From an uncultured delta proteobacterium (lineage in GTDB: Bacteria > Myxococcota_A > UBA9160 > UBA4427), in assembly GCA_963822965.1 (NCBI GenBank), contig CAWGJT010000001.1, positions 192,001 to 256,000 of the forward strand: a stretch of DNA of 64,000 nucleotides. Direction: 5' to 3'. The notes beneath the pieces were generated by a model. The model did not search any database and was not told the DNA's origin. It saw nothing but the letters and a program-made list of their open reading frames with translations. Positions 14,508-23,397 of this stretch are shown here, piece after piece. The position numbers were made by a program, and so were the translations under genes. Each line of letters opens with the position of its first letter. Position 1 is the first letter of the stretch.

Positions 14508-15272
14508 ATGGACGAGGCCACGCGCGCGCGCCTGCTGCAGCTGAACCGCGACTTCTACGAGCGCGAAGCCGACGCCTTCGGCGCCACCCGGGACCACCCG
14601 TGGCCGGGCTGGCAACGCGTGTTGCAGGCGCTTCCAACGAAGACCGAGCCACTTCGCGTCCTGGATGCGGGCTGCGGCAACGGCCGCTTCGCGGTGTGCC
14701 TCGACGACGCGTACCCGGGCCGCCTGGACTACGTCGGTGTCGATGCGAGCCCGGCGCTGCTCGCCGCCGCGGCACGGCGCGCCCGGGGCGGGGGCAAGGA
14801 CCGGACCTTCCGCTTCGTCCGAGCCGATCTCGTCGAGGGCCCCGACGCGATCCCCCGCGGCCCCTTCGATCTGGTGGTGCTCTTCGGCGTGCTCCACCAC
14901 GTGCCCGGCTTCGAGACGCGCGTGCGCCTGGTCGCGCGGCTCGCGGAGCGGCTGGCCGAAGGGGGCCGGCTCGCGGCCACGATCTGGCGCTTCGGCGCGG
15001 ACCCGCGCGTGCGCGGGCGCACCGTGCCGATCCCGAGCCGCCTGACGGAGATCGCGCCGGAGAGCCTCGAGCCCGGCGACGAGCTGCTGCGTTGGGGCGA
15101 TTCCGACGAGGTGGTCCGCTACTGCCACTTCGCGGACGACTGCGAGATCGATCGGCTGCTCGAGCGAGTCCGGGCGAGCGGTCTCGCCCTGGAGGCGCGC
15201 TTCCGCAGCGACGGCCGGGGCGACGCCTTGAACGAGTACCTGGTCTGGTGGAAGCCCGGAGGCCCGGCGTGA
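14508..15272 (+). CDS. Class I SAM methyltransferase, Trm9/ALKBH8-like
   Basis: FYEREADAFGATRDHPWP, VLDAGCGNGR, GVDAS, FDLVVLFGVLHH, LAEGGRLAATIW, GDELLRW, RYCHF..EI. Confidence 0.75.
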   Translation: MDEATRARLLQLNRDFYEREADAFGATRDHPWPGWQRVLQALPTKTEPLRVLDAGCGNGRFAVCLDDAYPGRLDYVGVDASPALLAAAARRARGGGKDRTFRFVRADLVEGPDAIPRGPFDLVVLFGVLHHVPGFETRVRLVARLAERLAEGGRLAATIWRFGADPRVRGRTVPIPSRLTEIAPESLEPGDELLRWGDSDEVVRYCHFADDCEIDRLLERVRASGLALEARFRSDGRGDALNEYLVWWKPGGPA

Positions 15273-16012
15273 GCGGACCGGCGCGCCGACAGCTGGCAGG
15301 TGCCGACGCCATCGCCGCCGCCCTCGACCGAGGCGCGACCGTCCGCCTGCTGCTGGTGCGGGAAGGGGGTCTCTCCGAGCCGGCGAGAGCGGTTCTCGCG
15401 CGCTGCCACGACGCGGGCATCCCGGTGCGCAAGGCAGGACAGCGAGAGACCCGGCGCCTGGCCGCGCACGGAGAGCCCGAGCTGCTGGCCCTCGTGGGCG
15501 CGTCCCCGGCCGACTCCCTCGACGCAGTGCTCGCCGCCGGCGGTGCCCTGTGGCTGCTCACCGGGGTGGGCTATCCGGGCAACGCCGGCTTCGCCATCCG
15601 CACGGCGGAGGTCTCGGGCGCAGCGGGAATCGTCGTCGATGCCGGCTTCGACCATACGGGCCGGCGGCAGGCCCTGCGGGCGGCCATGCGCGCGGATCGC
15701 TTCTTCCCGGTGCTGTGGGCGCGCGCGGAGGACGTGGTCGAACGGGCGCAGCAGGCCGGACACCGCCTCGTCGGCATCGAGGATCGCGGCACGCGCGCGC
15801 CCTGGGAGGAAGACCTCACGACGCCTTCGGTGTTCGTGGTGGGCGGCGAGGCCGGCGGTGTCCCCGAGGCCCTGCTCGACGGCTGCGACGTCGTCCTGCG
15901 CATCCCGATGACGGGCTTCATCCCCTCGTACAATCTGCAGGCCGCCGTCGCGATGGTGGCGGGCGAGAGACTGCGCCAGCTCGGGTCGAAGTCCGTGGAG
16001 GCGCCGGAGTAG
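15269..16012 (+). CDS. SpoU/TrmH-family RNA 2'-O-methyltransferase with N-terminal substrate-binding domain
   Basis: PGNAGFAIRT, VVGGEAGG, IPMTGFIPSYNLQAA. GTGA overlap with the upstream methyltransferase. Confidence 0.88.
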   Translation: MSGPARRQLAGADAIAAALDRGATVRLLLVREGGLSEPARAVLARCHDAGIPVRKAGQRETRRLAAHGEPELLALVGASPADSLDAVLAAGGALWLLTGVGYPGNAGFAIRTAEVSGAAGIVVDAGFDHTGRRQALRAAMRADRFFPVLWARAEDVVERAQQAGHRLVGIEDRGTRAPWEEDLTTPSVFVVGGEAGGVPEALLDGCDVVLRIPMTGFIPSYNLQAAVAMVAGERLRQLGSKSVEAPE

Positions 16013-16291
16013 ACCGTGACGCGGACGCCCCGCCGGCGGTCGAACACCCGACGAGCGGGGCAGGACGCCTCACGGGCGGACGGAACGCCGGCACCGGGCA
16101 GCCGACTTCCCGGGCGAATCGCGATTCGTCGGGCTCCCCACCTCGAAAAGACGCCGCGGCCCTGCCACACTCGGCCGGGCGCACGCACCGCGACCGCGTC
16201 GGTCTGGGGAGACCCGGCCGGCGAGAGCGCGACGGAGACCCGGCGAGCCACCCAGAAGACGAGCCATCCAGAGAGAGATCGGGGAGAAACG

Positions 16292-16507
16292 ATGGACGAG
16301 ATGGAGGCCGACCAGCTCGCGCGATGCGCCGACTGCGGCACCGAGATCACGGTAGGGATCGATCGCGGCTTCTCGAGCGGAGCCAACCTGGTGCTCTGCT
16401 ACGACTGCGCGGAACGCCGCGGCGGCACGTGGAACGAGGAGCGCGGGGCTTGGACCAGCGCGCCCGACCTGATCGGCCTGCGCGACCTGGATCCAGCCGA
16501 GCGCTGA
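16292..16507 (+). CDS. Small Zn-ribbon protein (CxxC...CxxC)
   Basis: GGGGAG RBS; CADCG...LCYDCA; 71 aa. Confidence 0.7.
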   Translation: MDEMEADQLARCADCGTEITVGIDRGFSSGANLVLCYDCAERRGGTWNEERGAWTSAPDLIGLRDLDPAER

Positions 16508-16683
16508 GCCGGAGCGGCCCGATCGCCGCCGCCCAGCCACTTCCGACCCGGGAGCTCGAACGGGCCTGAAGGCCCCGCCCGCGGGGCCCGCGGAGCCTCG
16601 TCGCCGCCCTCGCCGGGGGTCCGCAGCCCCGCTCCTCGACCCTCAATCCGATGCGCCTTTGCACCGAAGAAGGTCGAGAACAC

Positions 16684-19600
16684 ATGCGTATCGCGAGGCT
16701 CCATACCGGCCTGGCCGCGGCCACGGCTGCCGCCTGCTTCTGGCTGCCGACCCTGGCGGGCGGCGCCACGCTGCCCGAGGACCCGGCAGCCGCCTCTCCT
16801 GCGACCCCGCTCGCAACCCCGCTCGAGACCCCGGAAGACCCGGAAGCGCGCTGGAACCTGCAGTCGCGCCTCGACCGGATCGTCAGCGAACGCGCGAGCC
16901 GGCAGGAGAATGCGCGAGCCGCTCGCCCCGCTCCCGGGTACACGGATCCCTACACGAGCCACGCGTCGATCTTCGACGATCCCGAAGCCCGGCGGTCGCG
17001 CATCGACCTCCATCGACCGCCCGCGGTGGACACCGGCTTCCTGCCCCGAAGCCTGGTTCGACACTCTGCCCTGCGTTGGGGCGCCCTGCTGTCGTGGCTC
17101 GGCAGCTACGAGTCCGCCAGCCAGACCTACGGCCGGGCGGTGGCCCTGGGCACCGACGATGCCGCCACCTGGCTTCAGCTGGGAAGGGCGCGCGCCCGGG
17201 CCGGCGACCTCGACGGCGCCGAGGGTGCGCTGCTCGCGGCCTTCGAACGCGCCGAGGACAAGACCTCCCAGGCACGGGTGTTTCGCAGCCTCGGCGAGGT
17301 GTACCTCGCCATGCACCAACCGCGCGAGGCGCTCGACGCGCTGGAGCGAGGGCTCGACCTCTCTCCCGACGCGCTGCGCATGCTCGCGCTGTACGCGCGC
17401 GCCCGCTACGAGATCGCGCCGCACTGGGAGCCTGCGCCGCCGCGTCCCGTCGTGCTGTGGAGCGAGACCGAAGGCGACCTCGAACGCGCCGCCGGGGAGG
17501 CGTGGCTCGAAGCACGTTATGCGTCGCTGCCGCCCGCACTGCAGCGCGCCGCCAGCTGGGTGTCGCGGCACGCCACCCAGGAGAACGGGCGCCTGGCGAT
17601 GTTGGGCGGAATCGTGTTCCTGGCGCTCGTCTGGCTGGCGGTCCGCCGCCTGAAGGGACGCGGCGACCTGGCGGTCACCCTCGCCTACCCGCCCGAGCTG
17701 GCCGGCAGCTTCAGCGTCCGCATCGCCAACGCACCCGGCCGCTACAAGCGCCAGCCGCGCGCCGCCAAGCTCGCCGCCGTGCAGGGGCTCGCGCCCGCTT
17801 CGACGCGCAGCGAGCACTTCGCGGTGAGCCGCGAGACGAAATTCCAGGGCCTGCGGCCCGGCCTCGTGTACGTGACCGTGGAAGGCGTCCTGCAGGACCC
17901 CGGCAGCACGGAGATCGTGACCGATCCCTTCGACGAGCAGGCCATCCAGATCCTCCCGAAGCAGACGGTGCACCTCGACTTCGAGGTGGCGCCCCGGGAG
18001 AGCGTCGTCGACGTCCGCGTCACCTGGGACAAGCGACCGGCTCGCGACGCCGCCGTCGCGGCGCGCGGGCTGCCGCAGTCCCTGCGCTACGCGCGGGAGG
18101 GCGCCACGCGGCTGCGCCTGCGTAAGGGCCTCCACACCATCGTGGCGGGCAGCGGCGATCGCGTCGCCCAGCGCGACGTGGAGCTCGATTCCTTCCGCGC
18201 GGCGAGCGTCGAGATCGACCTGGGCAGCACCGACAACCTCATCTTCAAGGGCTGCCCGCCGGCCGTCGAGCCCTACCTCCACGGCGACATCAGCGCGGCC
18301 GCGAGGGCCCTGGAACGGGATGGTCACCACGACCTCGCGAACCTGCTGCTGGCGCGCCTGCATCACGAGCACGGGCGCACCGAACGCGCGGCAGACCACT
18401 ACCAGCGCGCGCGGCACTGGCACGAGGCCGCGGAGCTGCGGGCCGAGCTCGAGCAGTGGGAAGAGGCGGCGCTGCTCTTCGAGCAGGCCGGCCTACCGAG
18501 GCGCGCCGGCGAGATGCTGCGCCGGGCGGGCGAGATGCTGCGGGCGGGCGCGTTCTTCGAGCAGGCGGGCGACTTCGAGAACGCCATCGACTGCTACAAG
18601 CAGGCCGGCGAGATCGGCAAGTGGATCGACGCGTTGGAGCGGAGCGGCGCGGTCTTCGACGCTGCGAAGCTGGCCGTCGAGCACCAGGACCAGAGCCGTT
18701 CCATCCGACTGCTGCAGCAGATCCAGCCGGAGCACCCGAACCACGTGCTGGCCTGCGAGATGTTGGCGGCCGCCTACCTGCGCGAGGGGCATCGCGACCT
18801 GGCCGCCCGAAAGCTCGAGGAGCGCATCGCGGCGGTGCCGCCGGACGAGACGCCGACGGACGTGCACTGGCAGCTCGCCTCGCTGCTCGAGCAGGACGGC
18901 GAATTCGACCGCGCCCTGGGCGTCCTCCAGGGGCTGCGCGAGCGCGACCCCACCTACCCGAACATCGCCACCCGCATCGAGGGACTGCGCAAGAAGCAGA
19001 GCGCGCGCGAGCTGGGCGACTCCCGAAGCGGCAGCATCTCCAAGCCCACCGCCTTCCTGCCCGAGAGCCGCTACGAGATCCTCGGCGAGATCGGCCGCGG
19101 CGGCATGGGCGTGGTGCTGAAGGCCCGGGACAAGCGGCTGGACCGCGTGGTGGCCCTGAAGCGCCTACCGGAGACCCTGCGCGACCACCCCAAGGCCATC
19201 CAGCTCTTCCTGCGGGAGGCCCAGTCGGCGGCGCGCCTCAACCACCCCAACATCGTGACGGTGCACGACACCGACCAGGAGGACGGCAACTTCTTCATCA
19301 CGATGGAGCTGCTCGAAGGCTCCCCCATCAGCAAGATCCTGAAGCAGCGCGGGCGCATCAGCCCGAAGAACGCCGCCCAGCTCGGCGTCCAGATCGCCGC
19401 CGGTCTCGAGTACGCCCACAGCAAGGGCATCGTCCACCGGGACATCAAGAGCGCAAACCTCTTCTTCACCGTGGATAAGGTGGTGAAGATCATGGACTTC
19501 GGGCTCGCCAAGATGATGGAAGAGGTGCGCCGCGGGACGACCGTGATCGGCGGAACCCCCTACTACATGGCGCCCGAGCAGGCGGCCGGGGAGACCGTCG

Positions 19601-19848
19601 ACGCCCGAGCCGACATCTACGCCCTGGGCGTCACGCTCTACGAGTTCGTGACCGGCAAGGTCCCATTCGCCGACGGGGACGTCACCTACCACCACCGCCA
19701 CACGCCGGTCCCCGACCCGCGCACGAAGGCCGAGGGGATCCCCGACGAGATGGCCCAGCTCATCCTCGAGATGATGGCCAAGAACCCCGAGGAGCGGGTG
19801 CGGACGGCCGCCGAGGTGGCCGAGCGCCTCGCCCGCCTGATCCGCTGA
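16684..19848 (+). CDS. Membrane Ser/Thr protein kinase with TPR repeats and a C-terminal kinase domain
   Basis: Signal-like N-terminus, TPRs, TM (GGIVFLALVWLAVRR), beta-rich segment, helical repeats, then IGRGGMGVV, VALK, HRDIKSAN, DFG, GTPYYMAPE. Confidence 0.92.
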   Translation: MRIARLHTGLAAATAAACFWLPTLAGGATLPEDPAAASPATPLATPLETPEDPEARWNLQSRLDRIVSERASRQENARAARPAPGYTDPYTSHASIFDDPEARRSRIDLHRPPAVDTGFLPRSLVRHSALRWGALLSWLGSYESASQTYGRAVALGTDDAATWLQLGRARARAGDLDGAEGALLAAFERAEDKTSQARVFRSLGEVYLAMHQPREALDALERGLDLSPDALRMLALYARARYEIAPHWEPAPPRPVVLWSETEGDLERAAGEAWLEARYASLPPALQRAASWVSRHATQENGRLAMLGGIVFLALVWLAVRRLKGRGDLAVTLAYPPELAGSFSVRIANAPGRYKRQPRAAKLAAVQGLAPASTRSEHFAVSRETKFQGLRPGLVYVTVEGVLQDPGSTEIVTDPFDEQAIQILPKQTVHLDFEVAPRESVVDVRVTWDKRPARDAAVAARGLPQSLRYAREGATRLRLRKGLHTIVAGSGDRVAQRDVELDSFRAASVEIDLGSTDNLIFKGCPPAVEPYLHGDISAAARALERDGHHDLANLLLARLHHEHGRTERAADHYQRARHWHEAAELRAELEQWEEAALLFEQAGLPRRAGEMLRRAGEMLRAGAFFEQAGDFENAIDCYKQAGEIGKWIDALERSGAVFDAAKLAVEHQDQSRSIRLLQQIQPEHPNHVLACEMLAAAYLREGHRDLAARKLEERIAAVPPDETPTDVHWQLASLLEQDGEFDRALGVLQGLRERDPTYPNIATRIEGLRKKQSARELGDSRSGSISKPTAFLPESRYEILGEIGRGGMGVVLKARDKRLDRVVALKRLPETLRDHPKAIQLFLREAQSAARLNHPNIVTVHDTDQEDGNFFITMELLEGSPISKILKQRGRISPKNAAQLGVQIAAGLEYAHSKGIVHRDIKSANLFFTVDKVVKIMDFGLAKMMEEVRRGTTVIGGTPYYMAPEQAAGETVDARADIYALGVTLYEFVTGKVPFADGDVTYHHRHTPVPDPRTKAEGIPDEMAQLILEMMAKNPEERVRTAAEVAERLARLIR

Positions 19849-19878
19849 CTCCGGCGGCGAATCGGAAGGATTCGCGCG

Positions 19879-20349
19879 CTACGGGCAGGGAATCGAGCCC
19901 GCGCAGGCGAGACCCGACGGACCGGGCGTGACCACCGCGATGGCGTCGTCGAACACCTGGCTCACGTCGTCGAGACCGATCCCGCCGTCGCAGTTGAAGT
20001 CCTAGATGGGATCCGTGCTGACGATGACGGCCGCCGCGAACACCTGGTTCACGTCGTCGAGGGCGGTCGCGCCGTCGTTGTTGACGTCCGTGTCGCAGGG
20101 GTTCCCGTAGCCGTCCATGTCGCCGTCCAGCTGCGTGTTGCAAAAGCCGGTCTGGAGGTCCGGACCGTTGGGAACCAACAAGCAGTTGTCGGCCTCGTCC
20201 AGCACCCCGTCGCCGTCGCCGCAGTCACAGAGGACGCCAGCGAGGCCGCTCACCGACAGCCCGAGGGCCAGAACTCCGGCAGCTCCCAGGGCAATCGCAC
20301 CTCTCACGATCCAACGCCGCTTCTCGCGCCCGCTCGTCGCCATCGCCAT
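19879..20349 (-). CDS. Small secreted Ca-binding protein (thrombospondin type-3-like repeat plus dockerin-like double loop), in-frame TAG at 20002-20004
   Basis: AGGAGG RBS, signal peptide, DGDGDGVLDEADNC...DGDMDGYGNPCD, DVNNDGATALDD. After the TAG the frame continues DFNCDGGIGLDD...PGPSGLACAGSIPCP*. Confidence 0.7.
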
Positions 20350-20540
20350 CGTCGTCACCTCCTGGTGTCCTTGCCTCCGTCCCTTTCTACCACGTCACCG
20401 GCGCGACGTGGAAACTCGAAAGCAGCGGCGGCAGCCCGGGGACGCGGCACCCCGTGGGACGACGCGCGACGAGATGATCGAAGGCATGCGCGAGGTCGAC
20501 TAGGATGCGTGCGTTCGAAAGCGAATCGGAGGCGGAAACG

Positions 20541-21560
20541 ATGGCGCTGAAGCTCGGAATCCAGCTCGGCTACTGGCAGGCGCAGCCGCCCGAGGGGTTC
20601 GTCGACACGGTGCAGGAGGCCGAGCGCCTGGGCTACGACGTGGTCTTCACCGCGGAGTCCTGGGGATCGGACGCGTTCACGCCGCTCGCGTGGATCGCCG
20701 CCCACACCGAGCGCATCCGCCTCGCCACGGGCGTCGTCCAGCTCTCGGCGCGCACGCCGACCGCCACCGCCATGCACACGCTCACCCTCGACCACCTGTC
20801 GAAGGGCCGGGTGAGCCTCGGGCTCGGGGTGTCCGGGCCCCAGGTGGTGGAGGGCTGGTACGGCCAGCCCTTCTCGCAGCCGCTGGCGCGCACCCGGGAG
20901 TACATCGACATCGTTCGCCAGGTGCTGCGTCGCCAAGCGCCGGTGACGAACCCGGGTCCCCACTATCCCCTGCCCTACCACGGGCCGGGATCCTGGGAGA
21001 TGGGCAAGCCCCTGCGGCCCATCACGCATCCCCTGCGCGCGGACGTCCCCATCCTGCTCGGCGCGGAGGGCCCGAAGAACGTGGCGCTCGCCGCCGAGAT
21101 CGCCGACGGCTGGCTGCCCCTCTACTACTCGCCGTTCCGCCAGGACGTCTACGCCGAGTCGCTCGCCGGCGCGAAGCCCGGCTTCGAGATCCTGTGCGGC
21201 TGTCAGGTGAGCGTCACCGACGACATCCAGCAGGCGTTGCAGCTCTCGAAGGCGACCCTCGGCTTCTACATCGGCGGCATGGGAAGCCGGAAGCGGAACT
21301 TCCACAAGGAGCTGATGGCCCGCATGGGCTTCGAGGCCGAGGCGGATGAGATCCAGGAGCGCTTCCTGGCGGGCGACCGCGCGGGCGCGATCGCCGCCGT
21401 GCCCGACGCCTTCGTGGACGAGATCTCCCTCGTGGGTCCGAAGGAGCGCATCCGCGACCGCCTGCAGGCGTGGCGGGAGACACCGCTGACGCACCTGCTC
21501 GTCGCCGGAACCGACCGCACGAAGCTGCGCGAGATCGCCGAGCTGGTGCTCGGCGCTTAG
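20541..21560 (+). CDS. LLM-class (luciferase-like) F420-dependent oxidoreductase
   Basis: LGIQLGYW, AESWGSD, LGLGVSGPQVVEGWYG, GAEGPKNV...ADGW. Confidence 0.9.
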   Translation: MALKLGIQLGYWQAQPPEGFVDTVQEAERLGYDVVFTAESWGSDAFTPLAWIAAHTERIRLATGVVQLSARTPTATAMHTLTLDHLSKGRVSLGLGVSGPQVVEGWYGQPFSQPLARTREYIDIVRQVLRRQAPVTNPGPHYPLPYHGPGSWEMGKPLRPITHPLRADVPILLGAEGPKNVALAAEIADGWLPLYYSPFRQDVYAESLAGAKPGFEILCGCQVSVTDDIQQALQLSKATLGFYIGGMGSRKRNFHKELMARMGFEAEADEIQERFLAGDRAGAIAAVPDAFVDEISLVGPKERIRDRLQAWRETPLTHLLVAGTDRTKLREIAELVLGA

Positions 21561-21589
21561 TGGCGCCCTGATCCGCAGACGGATCAGGG

Positions 21590-21943
21590 CTAGCTGTCCG
21601 AATCGGCGACCAGCTCACGGAGCGCATCCCGGAGGCTTCCCAGGGCTTCGACCGCCCCGCGGCGGGCCTGCGTCCACATGCTCTCCCGCTCGCGGTCCGC
21701 ATCCCGGGTGACGTCGCGGACCGCGTGGCCCGTCTCTCGGGTCACGTCGCGAACCGCATGGCCCGTCTCTCGGGTCACGTCGCGAACCGCGTGACCCGTC
21801 TCCCGAGTCACGGTCCGGGCACTCTCACCGACGACACGCAAGGCCTCGCCGACCGGCGTATCACCCTCCGCGCAGATGGGGGTCGCGCTCAGCAACAGCA
21901 ACGGCAGCAGGAGCGTGCACCGCCAGGCCACGCTCGACGTCAA
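21590..21943 (-). CDS. Small secreted protein with 11-residue amphipathic repeats
   Basis: TTG start overlapping the upstream TGA; hydrophobic signal; (VTRETGHAVRD)x3. Confidence 0.6.
   Translation of the reverse strand: MTSSVAWRCTLLLPLLLLSATPICAEGDTPVGEALRVVGESARTVTRETGHAVRDVTRETGHAVRDVTRETGHAVRDVTRDADRERESMWTQARRGAVEALGSLRDALRELVADSDS
21705..21812. repeat. About 3.3 x 33-bp tandem repeat
   Basis: Repeat units begin at 21708, 21741, 21774 and 21807; no spacers. Confidence 0.9.
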
Positions 21944-23199
21944 ACGCTGTCGTCCTGCGTGTCGTCTTCCCGAACCCCGGCCTCCACCGTGCCCTGCCGG
22001 GCGTCCGCCGGGGTCGACTCGAGCAGTACGAGCTCCTTGCGGGCGCGCCGGTGCCCCTGGGAGGCCGCCTGGGCGAGCCATTGCACGGCTTCGTCGCGCG
22101 AGAGCGAGTCCGAGAGCTGTCGGCTGTACATGCCGCCCAGGTTGTACTGGGCCGGGGCGTAGCCCTGCTCGGCCGCCTTGCGCCACCAGGACTCGGCCTG
22201 GGCCAGGTCCCGCTTCACGCCCTGCCCTGAAAAGTAGAGGTTGCCGAGCATGTTCTGGGCCGAAGCGTGTCCCTTCTCGGCGGCGCGCCGGTACCACACG
22301 AGCGCCTGGCCGAAGTCCTGCGCGACACCGAAGCCCTTCAGGTAGAGCACCGCGAGATTGTTGCAGCCGTCCGCGTCTCCCTGCTCGGCGGCCATTCGCG
22401 ACCAGCGCTCCGCCTCCGCGTACTTGGGCGAGACGCCGTCGCCGGTGGCGTACATGTACCCGAGCTGCGCCTGACTGGGCGCATAGCCCTGCTCGGCCGC
22501 CTGGCGGTACCAGCTCACCGCCTTGGAGGAGGACTGCGGCACGCCGCGGCCCTCGCGATACAGCCCCGCCAGCATGTGTTGGGCGAGCGGCTGGCCGCGC
22601 TCGGCCGCCTGGCGATAGGAGCGCACGGACGCCTCGTCGTCGGCCTCCACGCCGAGGCCCTGCTCGTAGGCGACCCCCAGCGCGTACTCGGCGTCCGCAT
22701 AGCCCGCGTCCGCCGCCTTGCGCCACAGCTCCACCGCCTTCACGGGATCGGGATCGACGCCGCGACCCTGTCGATAGAGCTCTCCCAGCCGGTACCACGC
22801 CGACGGATCTCCCTGCTGGGCGGCCTGCTCGATCCACCGCACGCCCTCGGCCACGCGGGCTTCGGCGCCGTCCTCGCTCACGAGCAGGTGGCCGAGGGCG
22901 CTCTGCGCCCGCGCGTGTCCCTGCTCGGCCGCCCGCTCGTACCAGCCACGCGCGCGGTCGGGATCTCGAGCCGCGTCCTGCCCGGTCTCGTAGGCGAGCC
23001 CGACGCGGTACTGGCTCTCGGCGTCCCCGCTCTCCGCGCGCTCGAGCAGCGCAGCGTCCGGCTCGGCGGCGTCGGCGGAAGACTCGGGGCCGTAGCCGAT
23101 GCGGTTGCAGCCGGCGGATGCGAGCAGGAATCCGGCGAGCAGGAGAGCGGCAGCTCCGGAGGCGATTCCGAAGACGCGGCGGCTGGCTTTCAGGGGCAT
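21940..23199 (-). CDS. Sel1-repeat lipoprotein
   Basis: Lipobox-like LASAGC, about 9 Sel1 repeats (AQYxLG..Y..GxGV..D..A..WYRxAAEQG). Confidence 0.92.
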   Translation of the reverse strand: MPLKASRRVFGIASGAAALLLAGFLLASAGCNRIGYGPESSADAAEPDAALLERAESGDAESQYRVGLAYETGQDAARDPDRARGWYERAAEQGHARAQSALGHLLVSEDGAEARVAEGVRWIEQAAQQGDPSAWYRLGELYRQGRGVDPDPVKAVELWRKAADAGYADAEYALGVAYEQGLGVEADDEASVRSYRQAAERGQPLAQHMLAGLYREGRGVPQSSSKAVSWYRQAAEQGYAPSQAQLGYMYATGDGVSPKYAEAERWSRMAAEQGDADGCNNLAVLYLKGFGVAQDFGQALVWYRRAAEKGHASAQNMLGNLYFSGQGVKRDLAQAESWWRKAAEQGYAPAQYNLGGMYSRQLSDSLSRDEAVQWLAQAASQGHRRARKELVLLESTPADARQGTVEAGVREDDTQDDSV

Positions 23200-23397
23200 G
23201 TCCTTCTCCGAAGCGGGGGGCTCACGACGTGTTTCGGGCGGATCCCGGCTTCGGTTGAGCGCCCGGGCCCGAAACCCGGGCGAGCGGCGCCTGAGGCCCT
23301 TCCGGGTGCCGCAAACGGGTGCAGGGGCTGACGGCGCACGAAGGGCCACGGCTACGCTGGCCGCCGGGGGAGACGCGCTCGAGCGGAGGGCACACAG

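Noticed and set aside
21705..21812. 33-bp repeats as a CRISPR array
   Set aside because: The repeats are contiguous, have no spacers, are in frame within a coding region, and no cas genes are present.
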